Assembly: GCA_036172245.1 (NCBI GenBank)
Contig: JAYWIR010000004.1
Coordinates: 2,542,001-2,606,000, forward strand
DNA from: Raillietiella orientalis
Lineage: Eukaryota
Length of the DNA stretch: 64,000 bases
Reading direction: 5' to 3'
Positions 13,901-25,099 of the stretch are shown here, piece by piece. The notes beneath the pieces were generated by a model. The model did no database searches. It had not been told where the DNA came from and worked only from the letters and a program-made list of their open reading frames with translations. Both the position numbers and the translations under genes were made by a program. Positions within the stretch are counted from its first letter, which is position 1, and every line of letters begins with the position of its first letter.

Positions 13901-15000
13901 TCCCGCAGACTCCCACCGCTCTCGCGCTCGGGACAGCCATCTTTTTTCCAAAGACGTCCAGCGCGGATGCCACCATCTGGGACGATCCCGAAGCGCGCGC
14001 GCGCGCAGCCGCTTTCGCCGCCAAGGCAATCTGCTCTACTATCACTCCCTGGTCCTGGCTTGGAAGCAGGTCGCGCTTCCTTCGTTCTTCCCTGGGCAAC
14101 CTGGTTCTGCTGGTTCTTTCGTTCGGCTGCCCCTTCCTCCTACCTGAGGTGCGGGCTGGGGTCTCGCCTTTCGTGGGTGAGCGCGCGCGAGTTCTTCGCG
14201 TGCCCCCTCCCCCCCATTTTCAGCGTCCATGTAACGTGGCTAGCTCCTCCACTTCTCAGCATTCTGGGGCCGAGTTTTGGAACTCCTGTCTTCGGGACAG
14301 AGTTCCAGAAACGATCCAAGCTGCCCCTCATCTCAGCTGCCCCTCTCTTGGTCTCTCGCTCACGAACAGCGAAGGGGGTTTCTCGAGGAACCGTCTCCAT
14401 GGCGACTCGGAACACCTTTTGGTAGAGAATTCTCTTTCATCGGAGGTATTCCTCTTTGTCCTCGTCTGGGTAGCAAAATTCCAGTGTCATCGAGAGGGGG
14501 AGAAACGGGAAGGGAGAGGGGGATGAAATGCTACGCCGTCGGTCCTCCCTGCAAGGAGGCAACTAGCTGCGAATCTTCGCCGAGGTTCCCCTCTATCTGC
14601 CGAGGGTATAGTCAGCTGCATTTTTTGCTGATTTTCACAAACGAGGAGGTTGTTCACGTAGCCCTCGCGCGAAAATCGCTCGAGACTCGCCCACAGTGAA
14701 GGGAATGGGTCCGTCCTAACCCCTCGGCAACAGTCCTTCATGACGATCATCAGACTTTCCGGACTTTCTATTCTTATAGGCTCTATGAGCAGCAGCCGGC
14801 AGTCCACAGCGACACATTGGCAGCTAGGGAGAAGCCCGGGAGCAGCGGACTTCTTTCGTTCCCAGTGCCTCCGAGTCGCGCCTTCCTGCTAATCGGCAGC
14901 GCGTGAAGGAACGAGGACCCCAGGCGCGAGGGAAGGAGCGCTGCTCTGGGAGAATGCGTTTTCTGCCTCAATTCGAAGATTACGCATCTGGAAAGGCAGC
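10950..15000 (-). mobile_element. Decayed near-full-length R2-like element (N-terminal region, RT, RLE)
   Basis: ORF 13593-14099(-) reads KRDLLPSQDQGVIVEQIAL...ARASGSSQMVASALDVFGKKMAV...FNRGQKPMPLIFP, matching RT motifs (QR.F.P.DG..E; ASLDV.KAF; RGV.QG.PLSP). Downstream come HF...GRLRK and GVVAVTDVQ...EEHQK (cf. R2 RKPD...GVIVDVQ...H.EK). Confidence 0.7.
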
Positions 15001-15399
15001 TTTCGAAGTAGTGGGGAAGATCAAGAGCAGAGGTAGCAGTCCTGCAAAGAAAGGTTCCGCGTCCAGGGTCGAAGATAACTGAAGCGCTCCCACATGGAGG
15101 GAGTGTGAAAGGAAGAATCGTCTCCCTTCCAGGGAGCACCTAAAAGGAGGCAACCGAAACCAGCCGGGGCGCAGGGATTGGTTGTACTTGGAGACCCAGC
15201 GGAAGAAGAGACGCCTATGCGCACTTGTCGTGCACGTCCGTGGACTATCTCAGCAGAATCTCAATTTTCCACCATCAACGCAGAGAGGAAGACTATCGCA
15301 AAGGAAGCAGCGATGGAAAGATGGCGGTTTAGAAGAGCGAAGGCGCGGATTCCAAGAGAGTGGGACAGCTGAGAACAGTTCTGGAAGTGTGGGTGGGAC

Positions 15400-16560
15400 G
15401 ATCACAGGTAGGGGAAGAAGGGGGGAGCTAGAGGAGATAGAGCTAGAGGGCGACTGACCGGCCTCCAAAACAATGATCCATGGATCCCAGAGAAGTCTCT
15501 TCACCAATTTCACTCGTCCACAGGGAAGGACCACTCTGAGCTACTACAATGAGGCCTCCGTCCGGACCAAGCCGAAACCCAAAGAACGCCTTCGAAGATT
15601 CGTGGCCTGGGAGACGGATGCAGCCGTTCTGTGCTGAGCAGTCCGACTTTTGGTGTCAAACGGAGATGCAAAGACCTCACACGAGATCAACTGGTGAAGC
15701 TCGTCACTGAGAGAGGAAATTTTCGTGTATCCAGCAGCAGTGCGAACGGCTCCCTGAATCGGCAGCGAAGGATCCCTGAAGGCACCCACAGGTTTAAAGG
15801 ACGGAGGCAACTCGTGCCTCGTCATCGCTCGCGACCTGACGAGAAGGTGCTCCATTTCGAGAATCCCCAAAAGGATGTCTTCGAGGAAGGCCGGTCCAGC
15901 TGCTGGAAACTTAGGCTACGCTCAGATCACTTCGCTGCGGACCTGGAGGCGGACTCGCTCTGGGTGCCTCGAGTTGCCGGTGTGAAGAACTCGTGGGCAG
16001 CCAAGCAGTCGAAAGGGGCGTGGGAGTGCTCCTTCACCCGAGTTCCCTTCTTCGCTTCCCCGGTCGCGTGGACTCGCAAGTGCACGTGGAGCCCGAACGC
16101 AAAACGGGGAGGTGACGTGCTCGTGCTGCTCGTCCGGAGCAGCCAGCGGAACGGATGTGATCCGCACCACTCAGCTTCTACTTGTCGGTTCTTCCTACCC
16201 GACCGGTCGGCGCAGACCGAAAGGCGTTTCTTTCGCTGCGGCAGCGCTGAAAACCTTCGGCAGGCCGATCGATCGATCGGTCGCGTGAAGCTTCTGGTCA
16301 ACCCTTGCTGCTCGGGAACGGGTCGAAAATCCTGCAACCGGATAACCCGACCTTTTTGGTGCGCCTGCCGGGGGTCCCGTCGGAAGCGAAAGCGACCGTT
16401 TTGGAGAGATTCGCGCTTGGAGACTTTAAGGAGCCTGACTGGATACGCCCACACACGCTCCTGCATTGCAGCCTCTCCCAGATGATGGCCCGAGCATCCT
16501 TTCGAGTTTCTCGGAGGAAGAAAACCATCCTTTTCCCAGTTCCGGTTTCGCCACCGGGAT
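15400..16560 (+). mobile_element. Decayed R2-like element, 5' part (Myb-like region and first RT motifs), truncated at an AT-rich island
   Basis: YYNEASVRTKPK...FGVKRRCKDLTRDQLV (Myb-like echo), FGRPIDRSVA*SFWSTLAAR (~FRPI..S...LA.R), MMARASFRVS (~D..KAF.SVS). Confidence 0.55.
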
Positions 16561-16779
16561 AGGAATTAACCACTCTTCAACAATCAAATTAACAATATAC
16601 AAACATTAAAAAATAAATTTTTCACAAATAGTCGCTCACTAAGCAAACCACCTCCTTATTATTTTCGAAAACATCTTAATAAAACTTCTCATCACTTCAT
16701 AAAAGTAAACCCAGGTTGACTAGTTTAATTCAAAGATTTATTTTGGAAGTAAAAATTTAACTCAACCTGCGGGACAGTG

Positions 16780-19300
16780 CCGAACACTCTCCCGGAATAG
16801 AAACGGAGGAAGATGCGGGCGTTGCTACTCTCATCAGAACTGACAGCCGTTCCTCTCCTACTGCAGCGAACGGTTCCTCCGAGGAAACGGTTTCTGGACC
16901 ACCCTCTTCGTCCTAGGTTGGGTAGGAAAATGCCACTGTCCGGCGTCCGCTCCCGAGAAGCAGCCTGCGGACGCCATGGACTGCGGACAGTTGCTCCTAG
17001 TGCCGACAGGGATAGCAAGTCTGGAAAGTCTGAAGATCGTCATGAAGGGCTGTTTCCAGGGGGTCAGGACCGACCCATTCCCTTCTCTTCTTCTTCGATT
17101 AACGTCGAAGCCTCGGGTGCCGTTCGTTCTAGAAACAGCGACCGAAATCTGCATCCGGCTGGAGCCATTGTGTCATGGCATTCGTCATCGAGTTTCAAAC
17201 ACCCGTGTTCGCACGTAGCTGAGAGGCTGCAGGGTTCTGGTGAGCTTTTCGTTTTTTTGTGCTCTGCTTTCTCTTGCATCTGACGAACAGTACCAAGGGG
17301 TCGCAGGAGTATTTTGATCTTAATTCCTCGGAGTGACGGTCGTTCCTGTCATCCACATTCCTACATTTCGAAGGGAAAAAACCGGGAAGACAGAAAAGAT
17401 GCAGACGACATCTCTGTGTTCTCATTCCTTTCTATTCGACTTTCTCTTTCAGATTCTCAAGACCTGGTCCGCTTCCCTGGTAGAGAAGATTTTCTGTAAG
17501 AGGAAAAAAAACAGCGAATTGTGCTTTGAGACTCAGCCGCCTCGCTCTTCACTTCGCTTGCTGGCTGAACCTTTTCGCTAGGGTTCCGCGCTCCTGTCCT
17601 TTCTGGGAATGCTGGCTGCTCAGCAGGAGATGCTTGGCAGCGGCGGGATGTTCAGCCTAGGTGGCCGTTCCTCGGGCTCCTTCTCTCTACCTCTTCCGAA
17701 GGTTACGTTCCTGCGGGATGAGCGCCTCGACCGATCGTCACGCCACGGGATGCGAAAGCGGATCGGAAACAGGGAATGGTCCATTCGGGACATCTGGGCG
17801 GGGGCGGTCGTCCTTTCCCGAATAAGGGCGCAGGTAAGGCTGAAAGCTGGCCGTTTCGTCTGGGCGGCTCGCTATCTCGGTAATGACAATGATTTGTATC
17901 TCTTGGAAATGGAGGCTACCAGAGAGCTTCGCGAAGTTTCGAAACAGAAGAGACCGCTCCTCCATGATTTCGATTGCGGCTCGCATGATCCCGTGATAAC
18001 GAGATCTTCCCTGGTTTGGTCACGATAAGTGCCACGTTTCGGTCTTGAAGAGCGCTTTCCGTTTGAAGGACTCCGCAACCGCTCCCGCGCGAAAATCACG
18101 CGCAGCTTCCGAGGGAGAGGCGGGAAGGGGGGTGTAGACAGAATTGGACAGGAAGCGAGTCGCCGCAGAAAAACCACGAGGTCCTCTCTAGAAAATGCAG
18201 GCGGTTCGCAAAGGCTGGGCGTCCACTAGGTCCCCACCTCCCACCGGCTTGCTGCCTGAGAAGTCCTGACGCCCACCATGGAGCCCTCGAAGGCTGCGTG
18301 TTGGGTGCGGCCCGGGAACGGTGGCGGCGTCCGAGCCCGGCACGGTGGAGCGAGGCAGGCCCATCCCGTGCGAACCCGTGAGCCCCGCTAGAGACCCAGG
18401 GCGTGAGCACTCGCCTTCTTCCCCGTTCCTCCCCTCCTTGTCCTCTCGAGAATTTTATAAGAGCGGTGCGGGCTAAAAGCAGCAGCAGCAACAACAACAG
18501 CTGGATGGACCGCTTCCCGGGGCTCGCTGCGGCTGCGAGAAGGAGGCGTAGGCGGACGAGCCAACCTCCAGAAGCTCTCAGGAGGGCAGGACGCCTTCGA
18601 TTTCAGGAAGTCTGCTCTTTTCTCCATCTGCATTCCTGCGGGAGCCACCGTGGTGGTTTTCCGATCGGAGGTTCGTCTCCGGGCCACCTGCGCTTTCCGA
18701 CAGCAGGATGGAGGGTCCGAGTGGCTGTCCAAAGATGCGGCGTGGATGAAACGGGGGGAGCGATTGTTCTCTCCGAGATAGCGATCTTCGCGAGGAAAGT
18801 GGAGAAAAAAGAATGTCCTGGACCGCTGGAGTCCTTTGTGCGTGCCGCTCTGGCTGCGTCGTTGTCCGCGTCCGGAACTTAAAACGAAGGCAAGCGCGCC
18901 CACTTCGGATTCACCCTCCGTAGGGACCGAATGCACCGGTGCCAGTTCCGAGTTACGACTTCTCTGGAACGCGCCCCTAAGGGAGACTCAGGTGGATCTT
19001 TCTTCTCGGAACTCGAGGATTTTCAAGAGTCCGGCGAGGTCATCAGGATGGCAGATAAGGATCTCCGCCGCGCAGAAAAGAGGAAATAGCGGAGGAAAAA
19101 AGGGGGGAAATTCTAGGGGAAGAGGCGGGAAGGGAGGGAGGAAAGCGCTTTAGAAAGCAGGCACTTTCTTCGAGGCGGAACGTCTGTCCGACATCATTCC
19201 GGGAGCTCCGATTCCGCCTCTGAGAATCCGCAGCAAGCAAGACGCCGCTGGCATCGACGCGCGCACAGCTCATGAGCATCAAAAAGACAGCGACTGACAG
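16780..19300 (+). mobile_element. Decayed R2-like element (RT to zinc knuckle/RLE)
   Basis: RHGMRKR (~RGVRQG), YLGNDNDLYLL (~AFADDLVLL), RLGVH (~YLGV), CRSGC at 18843-18857 (~CRAGC), RAHFGFTLRRD (~RTHGGR.LRHD). Its 5' part is homologous to the minus-strand element at 14.5-15.0 kb. Confidence 0.7.
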
Positions 19301-19799
19301 GAACCTCCCGGTGTTGCGAGTCCGAGAGGGAACACAAAACTCCGGAGGGAGGGGGTAGGGGAAGAAAGGAAGGAAGAATGAAACACTGCTCAAGTCCTTA
19401 GGCGTTGTTGCTTCTTGTTCTCCTCCTCCTGACATGGAGGCGAAGCTTCCACCTTCTATGCCAATTTTTCGTGCGGCTACCTCGACTTTCCGTCAAATGC
19501 TGCTCCGTTCCCATGGGGACTCCCGTGGACCGCGCTCTTCATCCTTCCTTTTCCTTTTTTTCCGGTCCTAGATACGAAAAGGTTCCCTACCGGCCGTCGC
19601 GAGCGTCCCCTCCCCCTCTGCCCCCTCAAATGAAAAAGATGAAAAGAAGAGAACCTGATGCAGCTGAATGAAGGATTCTCCCGGGCCTTCCCGCTCCGGA
19701 GGAGCTTAGTCGCGCGTTCTCCCTAGGAAAAACTAATGGACCGCGTTCGCTTCCAGCCTTGCAGCCGCAAGCAATCTTGCAAGTCCTGACTCTGGATCT

Positions 19800-20960
19800 T
19801 CGGGAGAACTCGTCCGGGGAGCTCGGATCGGAGGTGTGTGGCGAGCCGATCGATCAATCCGTGTCCAGCGGATGACCCGGAAGGAGTTCCCCTCCCCCTC
19901 GTTCCTCCGCCCCGAGGAACCCCACGTTTGGTGGAACCCTCGGATTCATGGAAACGAGGCAAACTCGGGAGCAGGGGCAAGAGCAACGAGCCCCGCCGTG
20001 CAGCGTGAGGTTGACTTCCTCTGCTCTGCACGCACAGCAGCTGCAGACTTGGCGGCTGTGGGCGCCGTTGGCTGCTGCTGCCTCCGGCGATAATCCGATT
20101 GCCGTCAAATCGTCTTCTCACAGATTCCAGTACTACGATCCATGCTTGTTGTTACTTCCATCACCACCAACCACTGTTGCTGTTGCAATGCTTATAATCA
20201 TTAATAATAGTCGTTAAAAAAAGGAAAAAAAGGACTCTTGGAGAATGGAATTCCGCGGCCACTTCCCGTGAATCTTCCTGGACGAGCGCGAGATCGTTTT
20301 ATACTCCTGAGGGTCGCCGGATAACCTGCGGAGCAGCAGGGGAGAGAAAGGAAGAGAAAGATATCGGGAAAGGATGAGGTCAGTGCCGCGAGTGCCCTTG
20401 CGAAGCCGATCGCCAGCGCGCGCATGCGCTGCCTATTGCTGCGCGGTGGAGCAGTCTCTTTGTGTCACCGGATGGGGAACCCCTGGCTGCGGTAGCTGGC
20501 AAACTCCAGCAGGATTCCCGGACAGATGAACATCTCGTCCTTTCCAGGGTTTTTTTTTTGTTTTTTTTCAGGGGGGTTCGCGTACTCCTGTTCCAACTCT
20601 TCTTGTTTGGACTCTTGCAAGAGGGACTGGGAGGAGATCCAGTCTGCATCTTCGCTTGGCCCAGCATCTTTTCATGTTCAGCCCGGAACCCGTTGCGTGG
20701 ATTTCATGCTCTTGATGTCTCCTCCAATCTCCAAATTGTCTCCGGGAGGCCATTCCAGGGCAAGAACAGGACTGGGAAGCAGAGGAGAGCATGGAGGAGG
20801 AGGGAGAAGCGTTTCCTCATCTCTGGATCTGCAACGGACCTTTTTCCCAACCCCGGAGTCCGGAGCCAAGCTCTCTGAGAAGTTACATGGACTACTGAAC
20901 TCATTATTCAGGATTTACAGGACATTTATGTGAAATAAATAAATAAATCCAGTCAATTCG
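19800..20960 (-). mobile_element. Decayed NeSL/Utopia-like C-terminal fragment
   Basis: Nucleotide homology (inverted) to 22130-22510, plus VGFLG (~VGSLG) near 19920. Confidence 0.45.
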
Positions 20961-21179
20961 GGTTCGGAATCTTAGCAGGACGAGAGCAATGCATCCGCAA
21001 GCACCTCTTTCTGATGCGCGCATCTTAGTCTCACCCGGTCGGAAGTCCCTACGCTGCTTCCATCGCAGGCAGTAGAGAATCGCATACAGCGTCGTCCGTT
21101 CCGCCCAGCATCCACTTGCTCATTCGTTGTTCTTCTCTTCCGTCTTCCCCTCCCTTCCTGGTCATGCCCTCCCGGTGAG

Positions 21180-21900
21180 GTTTGGACCCTTTCGTTTCTC
21201 TCAGGAGGACGTCTGTCCGGGAGCAGCCAGGAGACAAGGCGAAGATTCCGGTAGCTCGGATGTGCGGTAGGGGGGAGGGGAGAAGGGGGGGAAGCGAGAC
21301 TATGACACACCTCGGAAACTACTGCCAGCACTCCCACGCTCTTGTCCGTCCGCACGGCGGGACGGTGCAGTCGCCAGCCGCACTTCAGGAGGCGCCACTC
21401 CAAAGAGGGGGACTCGCGTGCCGCTGAGACGCCGCACAGCTACGAGAGCTCGATCTCCCGTCCCAAGGAAGAGAATCCAGCCGTGCTTCTGGATGTGGTG
21501 CGTCTCTTCGAGAATACTCGCTAAGAGACGTCGCTATCCAGATGTCCTCCAAGGGCATCGCGACGTCAGCGTGCGCAACCCTCGCGGGGTCACAGCCAAA
21601 GACCAAGTGCCTCAGAATTTGGAGATGCTTCTACAATGCCTCATGGGTGAATTAGTGGTGTACTCCAGCGTCAGACTCAGTCGGAACCCGCAGACCGATG
21701 GGAGCTCCCTATGAGCAGAAAGTCATCTGGCAATTCGATTCGCAAGGAGACGATCGGCTGCGCGCAACGTGGGCCCTGGGCAGCGCGCAATTCTGGCACC
21801 GCACCCAACCGAACAGGAAGGTGAGGATGAGGAATTTGGAAGGGAACGAAGTCAGCGCTCGAGGTCAGGTCGACGCCACGATCTTTCGCCATAGAAACTC
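21180..21900 (+). mobile_element. Decayed Utopia/NeSL-like zinc-knuckle/RLE fragment
   Basis: RMCGRG...ETMTHLGNYCQHSHALVRPH (CCHC knuckle), AVLLDVVRLFEN (~IIDVT.PFEN), ALGSAQFW. Confidence 0.7.
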
Positions 21901-22129
21901 GACGGACTGAGATCGACTCTAGGCAGCGATCTCTTGCCTGAACACCCTGAACTTGATGTTCTCTTCGATTTTTCAAAGTGCAGGTTGGACTGCGTGGGTG
22001 CAGAGGACACTGATGAGGAGCCGCCATCCCTAACAATGAGGTTCTCCAACTGAGGAAATCAGATGGAAGCGAAACTGCAGAACCAATAGGGTCAAGACTT
22101 CGCTCCATTCTTCTCAGTATTCCAGGACC

Positions 22130-23250
22130 TTGTGGAGATTTATTCATTTTACATAAATGTCCTGTAAAACCTGGATGGGAAGTGCAAAAGTCCAGGTAAC
22201 TTCTCGGGAAAGGTGGGAACCGGAGTTGTGGAAGGAAAAGGAAGAAGCGTAGGTCATGGAAAGGTTCATCTTAAAGAGATCATTCCTACATGACAGCGAT
22301 CAAAATGGGCATTTTCCATTTTCCCTGACAGCATGGATCACGAATTCAGAGACGGGACGTCCTCGAAGAAGAGCACGGATACGCAAGGTTCACACAAAGG
22401 GAAAAAAAATGCCGCTCAAGGAAATCTGTTGCTCTCGTTTTGGGAAGGTAGGGGACAACTCCGTCTTTCTTTTCATCCTGCAATTTCCTGGATTCATGTC
22501 CTCAGAATACTCTCCCAGACCTGCTGCTTCAGATCAGCATTCCCGCCCTCCTCCCTCGATCGATCCGATCTCAGAAAAGCTCAGCAAGGGCGTGTAGGTT
22601 CCAGTCTCCTGATTTCCAGAGGCACGATCTCCGAGAGGCGGTGCGGAGGTGCCAGAATTTTTCTCCTCCAGTAGACGCATCACTCGGACTCATGGGACTC
22701 GCGCGCAACGACGAGGGTACGAAGGCAGGTCCTTCGGAAACGGCCGCGCTAGACGAAACCCCTCCCCCCGGAAAGGACGTCAAGCTGCTCCCGGTGGCAC
22801 TGCTATCTCGCAGCTGCGAGCGGCCTGGTTCCTGGACTTCCAGTCGCTGTCGTCGGGTGAGCGGCGTTGCCCAAGGCGACTACGGACTTCCCAAACTTCT
22901 CATCGACTCCGTAGCACCGAGTCCGGCAGCGTTGTTCGCTCCTGTGACGCGCCCAACTCCACCCGCCGCGTTGTCGCATTGGGCCTCATCCCATTCAGCT
23001 CCTTTGCTTCTTAGCCAGAATTATTTTTAAATCTCTCTTGACGACCCGCTCCCATGCCAGTGGAGCTCGTGGAGTACCTGGAAAACGCCGTTTATTTGTC
23101 GATGACGTCTGTTGCCACTCTTCCAAACACCACCCCACCTCTCGCCTGGGGGATCCGGCTCGTCGCATCCTTGTTGCTGCGAGGCCAATGTGGTCCATCG
23201 AACAATGCAGCGTGTGTGCTCGGGCCACGAACAGTCCCGTCTCAGGAAAA
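22130..23250 (+). mobile_element. Decayed NeSL-like C-terminal half
   Basis: ISWI (~SNWI), RRCQ...LMGLARND (~CRRC...MGL.R.RH), QAAPG...LRAAW (~Q.VPG..LRPD.W), STWKTP in the G.LG.W position. Confidence 0.55.
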
Positions 23251-25099
23251 GTCGAATGACTTTTTTCTTCCTGTTTTCCTTTTGTGTTCCTTCTCCTTAG
23301 ATTCTCTCATTCCATTCCTTGGAACTCTTCTCATTTCGCTGCTCCTCGGTTCAAGAGATGCACGTTCCCCCTGCAGGCAGCTAATTGGTTGGAGAATCAA
23401 CAGATAGTATTGGAAGAGGCATCGTTGGGATCGGTGACTGGGAGACCCGAGTAGAATGATGAGTGGGGAGGAGACGGCAAGAAAAATGGCTTCCAAATGG
23501 GACTAACGAATTCTTTTTGCAGAGAGGCTTGGTGGCTCCTCGCTGGGTGCGGTCTTCACGTGGTCGCGTGTGAGCGGAAGCAGATCAGCTCCCTCGAAAG
23601 TGCGGTTTCAAGCAAGAGGCACAAAAGGCCTGGTCCTTTCCTCCACGCTGCTTGCGTGTGCTTCTTGACTTCCTGTCCTCAGCACCACGAGAAGATGCAT
23701 TCTCGGCGATGAGAGCGCTCTCCCATGATGTGTTCTTCCAACCCACAATTATTTCCTTTGTTCTGTTTTTCCATCATGTGATGCCACACCAAGCGAAGAC
23801 TCTCCTCATACCGAATCTCTAAAGGATTGCCTGGATTCGTGGAAGGCATTCAGTCTGGGAATGTGCGTTGTTCTGCATTCTAAAAGGTCGGATACACACG
23901 AAAAGTGCTTTCCGGTTGACTGAGCGTTGACTGAGATAACCGGGGTGCCATGGTACGAACTTAATCTTCACCGTTAAGGAGAATTTGTGTCTCTCAAAAT
24001 AAAGGGCCAGATGGAATCGATACAGAGAAAAGTCGCCTGAGCTGGCTCTCTGCTATAGAGTATAACGGTGATCCAACATACTGAAACAGGCTACGGATCC
24101 ACTGTGAAGTTCATTAGGAACGCAATATTTTAATAATAGCAGGTCCCAGAAGCGATTTTCTGACCTTTTACGAGAGATTTTTATGGAGTCGCTTACGACA
24201 ACGTGCCTGTGCATTCCATTTTTATCGTTAATTATTCCTGGAAACTTCCAATTTGTTTTGATTTTTTTGTGCACGGTTCGAAATTTTCGAGCAGGTCTGC
24301 CGGATGATTCATGCAGTCTTTCATGAAAAGTACCATTCAGTCTTCCTAACTAACAGATTCTTCTGTCAATGACTTCTCCAGTTGTTTGTGATGATTTTTT
24401 TTTTTTTTCCCCCACCTGCGCATAATGAAAAGACAAGCGCTCAAAACACGCCTCAGATATACTTCTAAGATGCGTGATTAGTACATAGGCTTTCCTTTAC
24501 AGAAAAGACGAAAAAAAAATTCACACTTAAATTGTAGCAGAAAATTCACGAGTTCGAAATTCAAGTTTGAGTGGGTTTCACGAGCTGAGCCTGGTACAGC
24601 GTTGTGTCTGATCCATCAGGCGAACTCTTGTCAGCTGAAGTCTGAAAAATAATTTATTTGTTTCCGGAGGAAGATGAATTTGGAATCGGATTCCCTGAAG
24701 GCAAGAGAAATTTTTTTCTTATTGGAAAAACCAAGGTTGCCTGCTCCAGGATCAAATGATGCCCGTAAATGAATTCATTTGCATAATCTATTTTTATGAA
24801 TATGCGTGAACTGCTGCAGATCACTCTGTGTTCCGAGTTTATCATCGTACAGAATATGCAGAATTTGCATATCCCAGAGAAAGAAAGTTAAAAACAGCAA
24901 CAACAGCGGAGAAAGACTGAAGCATAACGCCACGTACATTTTCGTTTGTCTGTTTTGTACAGCTGGTGGAACAACGGCCTTGTCACAATCATCTTTAATG
25001 CTTCGGAATTATTACGAGGCTGATCGGTCAGCGGTTAAATCCTATGTAGTTGAGCCGATTTTATTTATTGCTACTTCATTCGCATGCCAGATGATAACT

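Noticed and set aside
15690..15780. Retroviral integrase-like VTERGNF...ANG
   Set aside because: Spacing is far too short, and the context fits an R2 N-terminal region.
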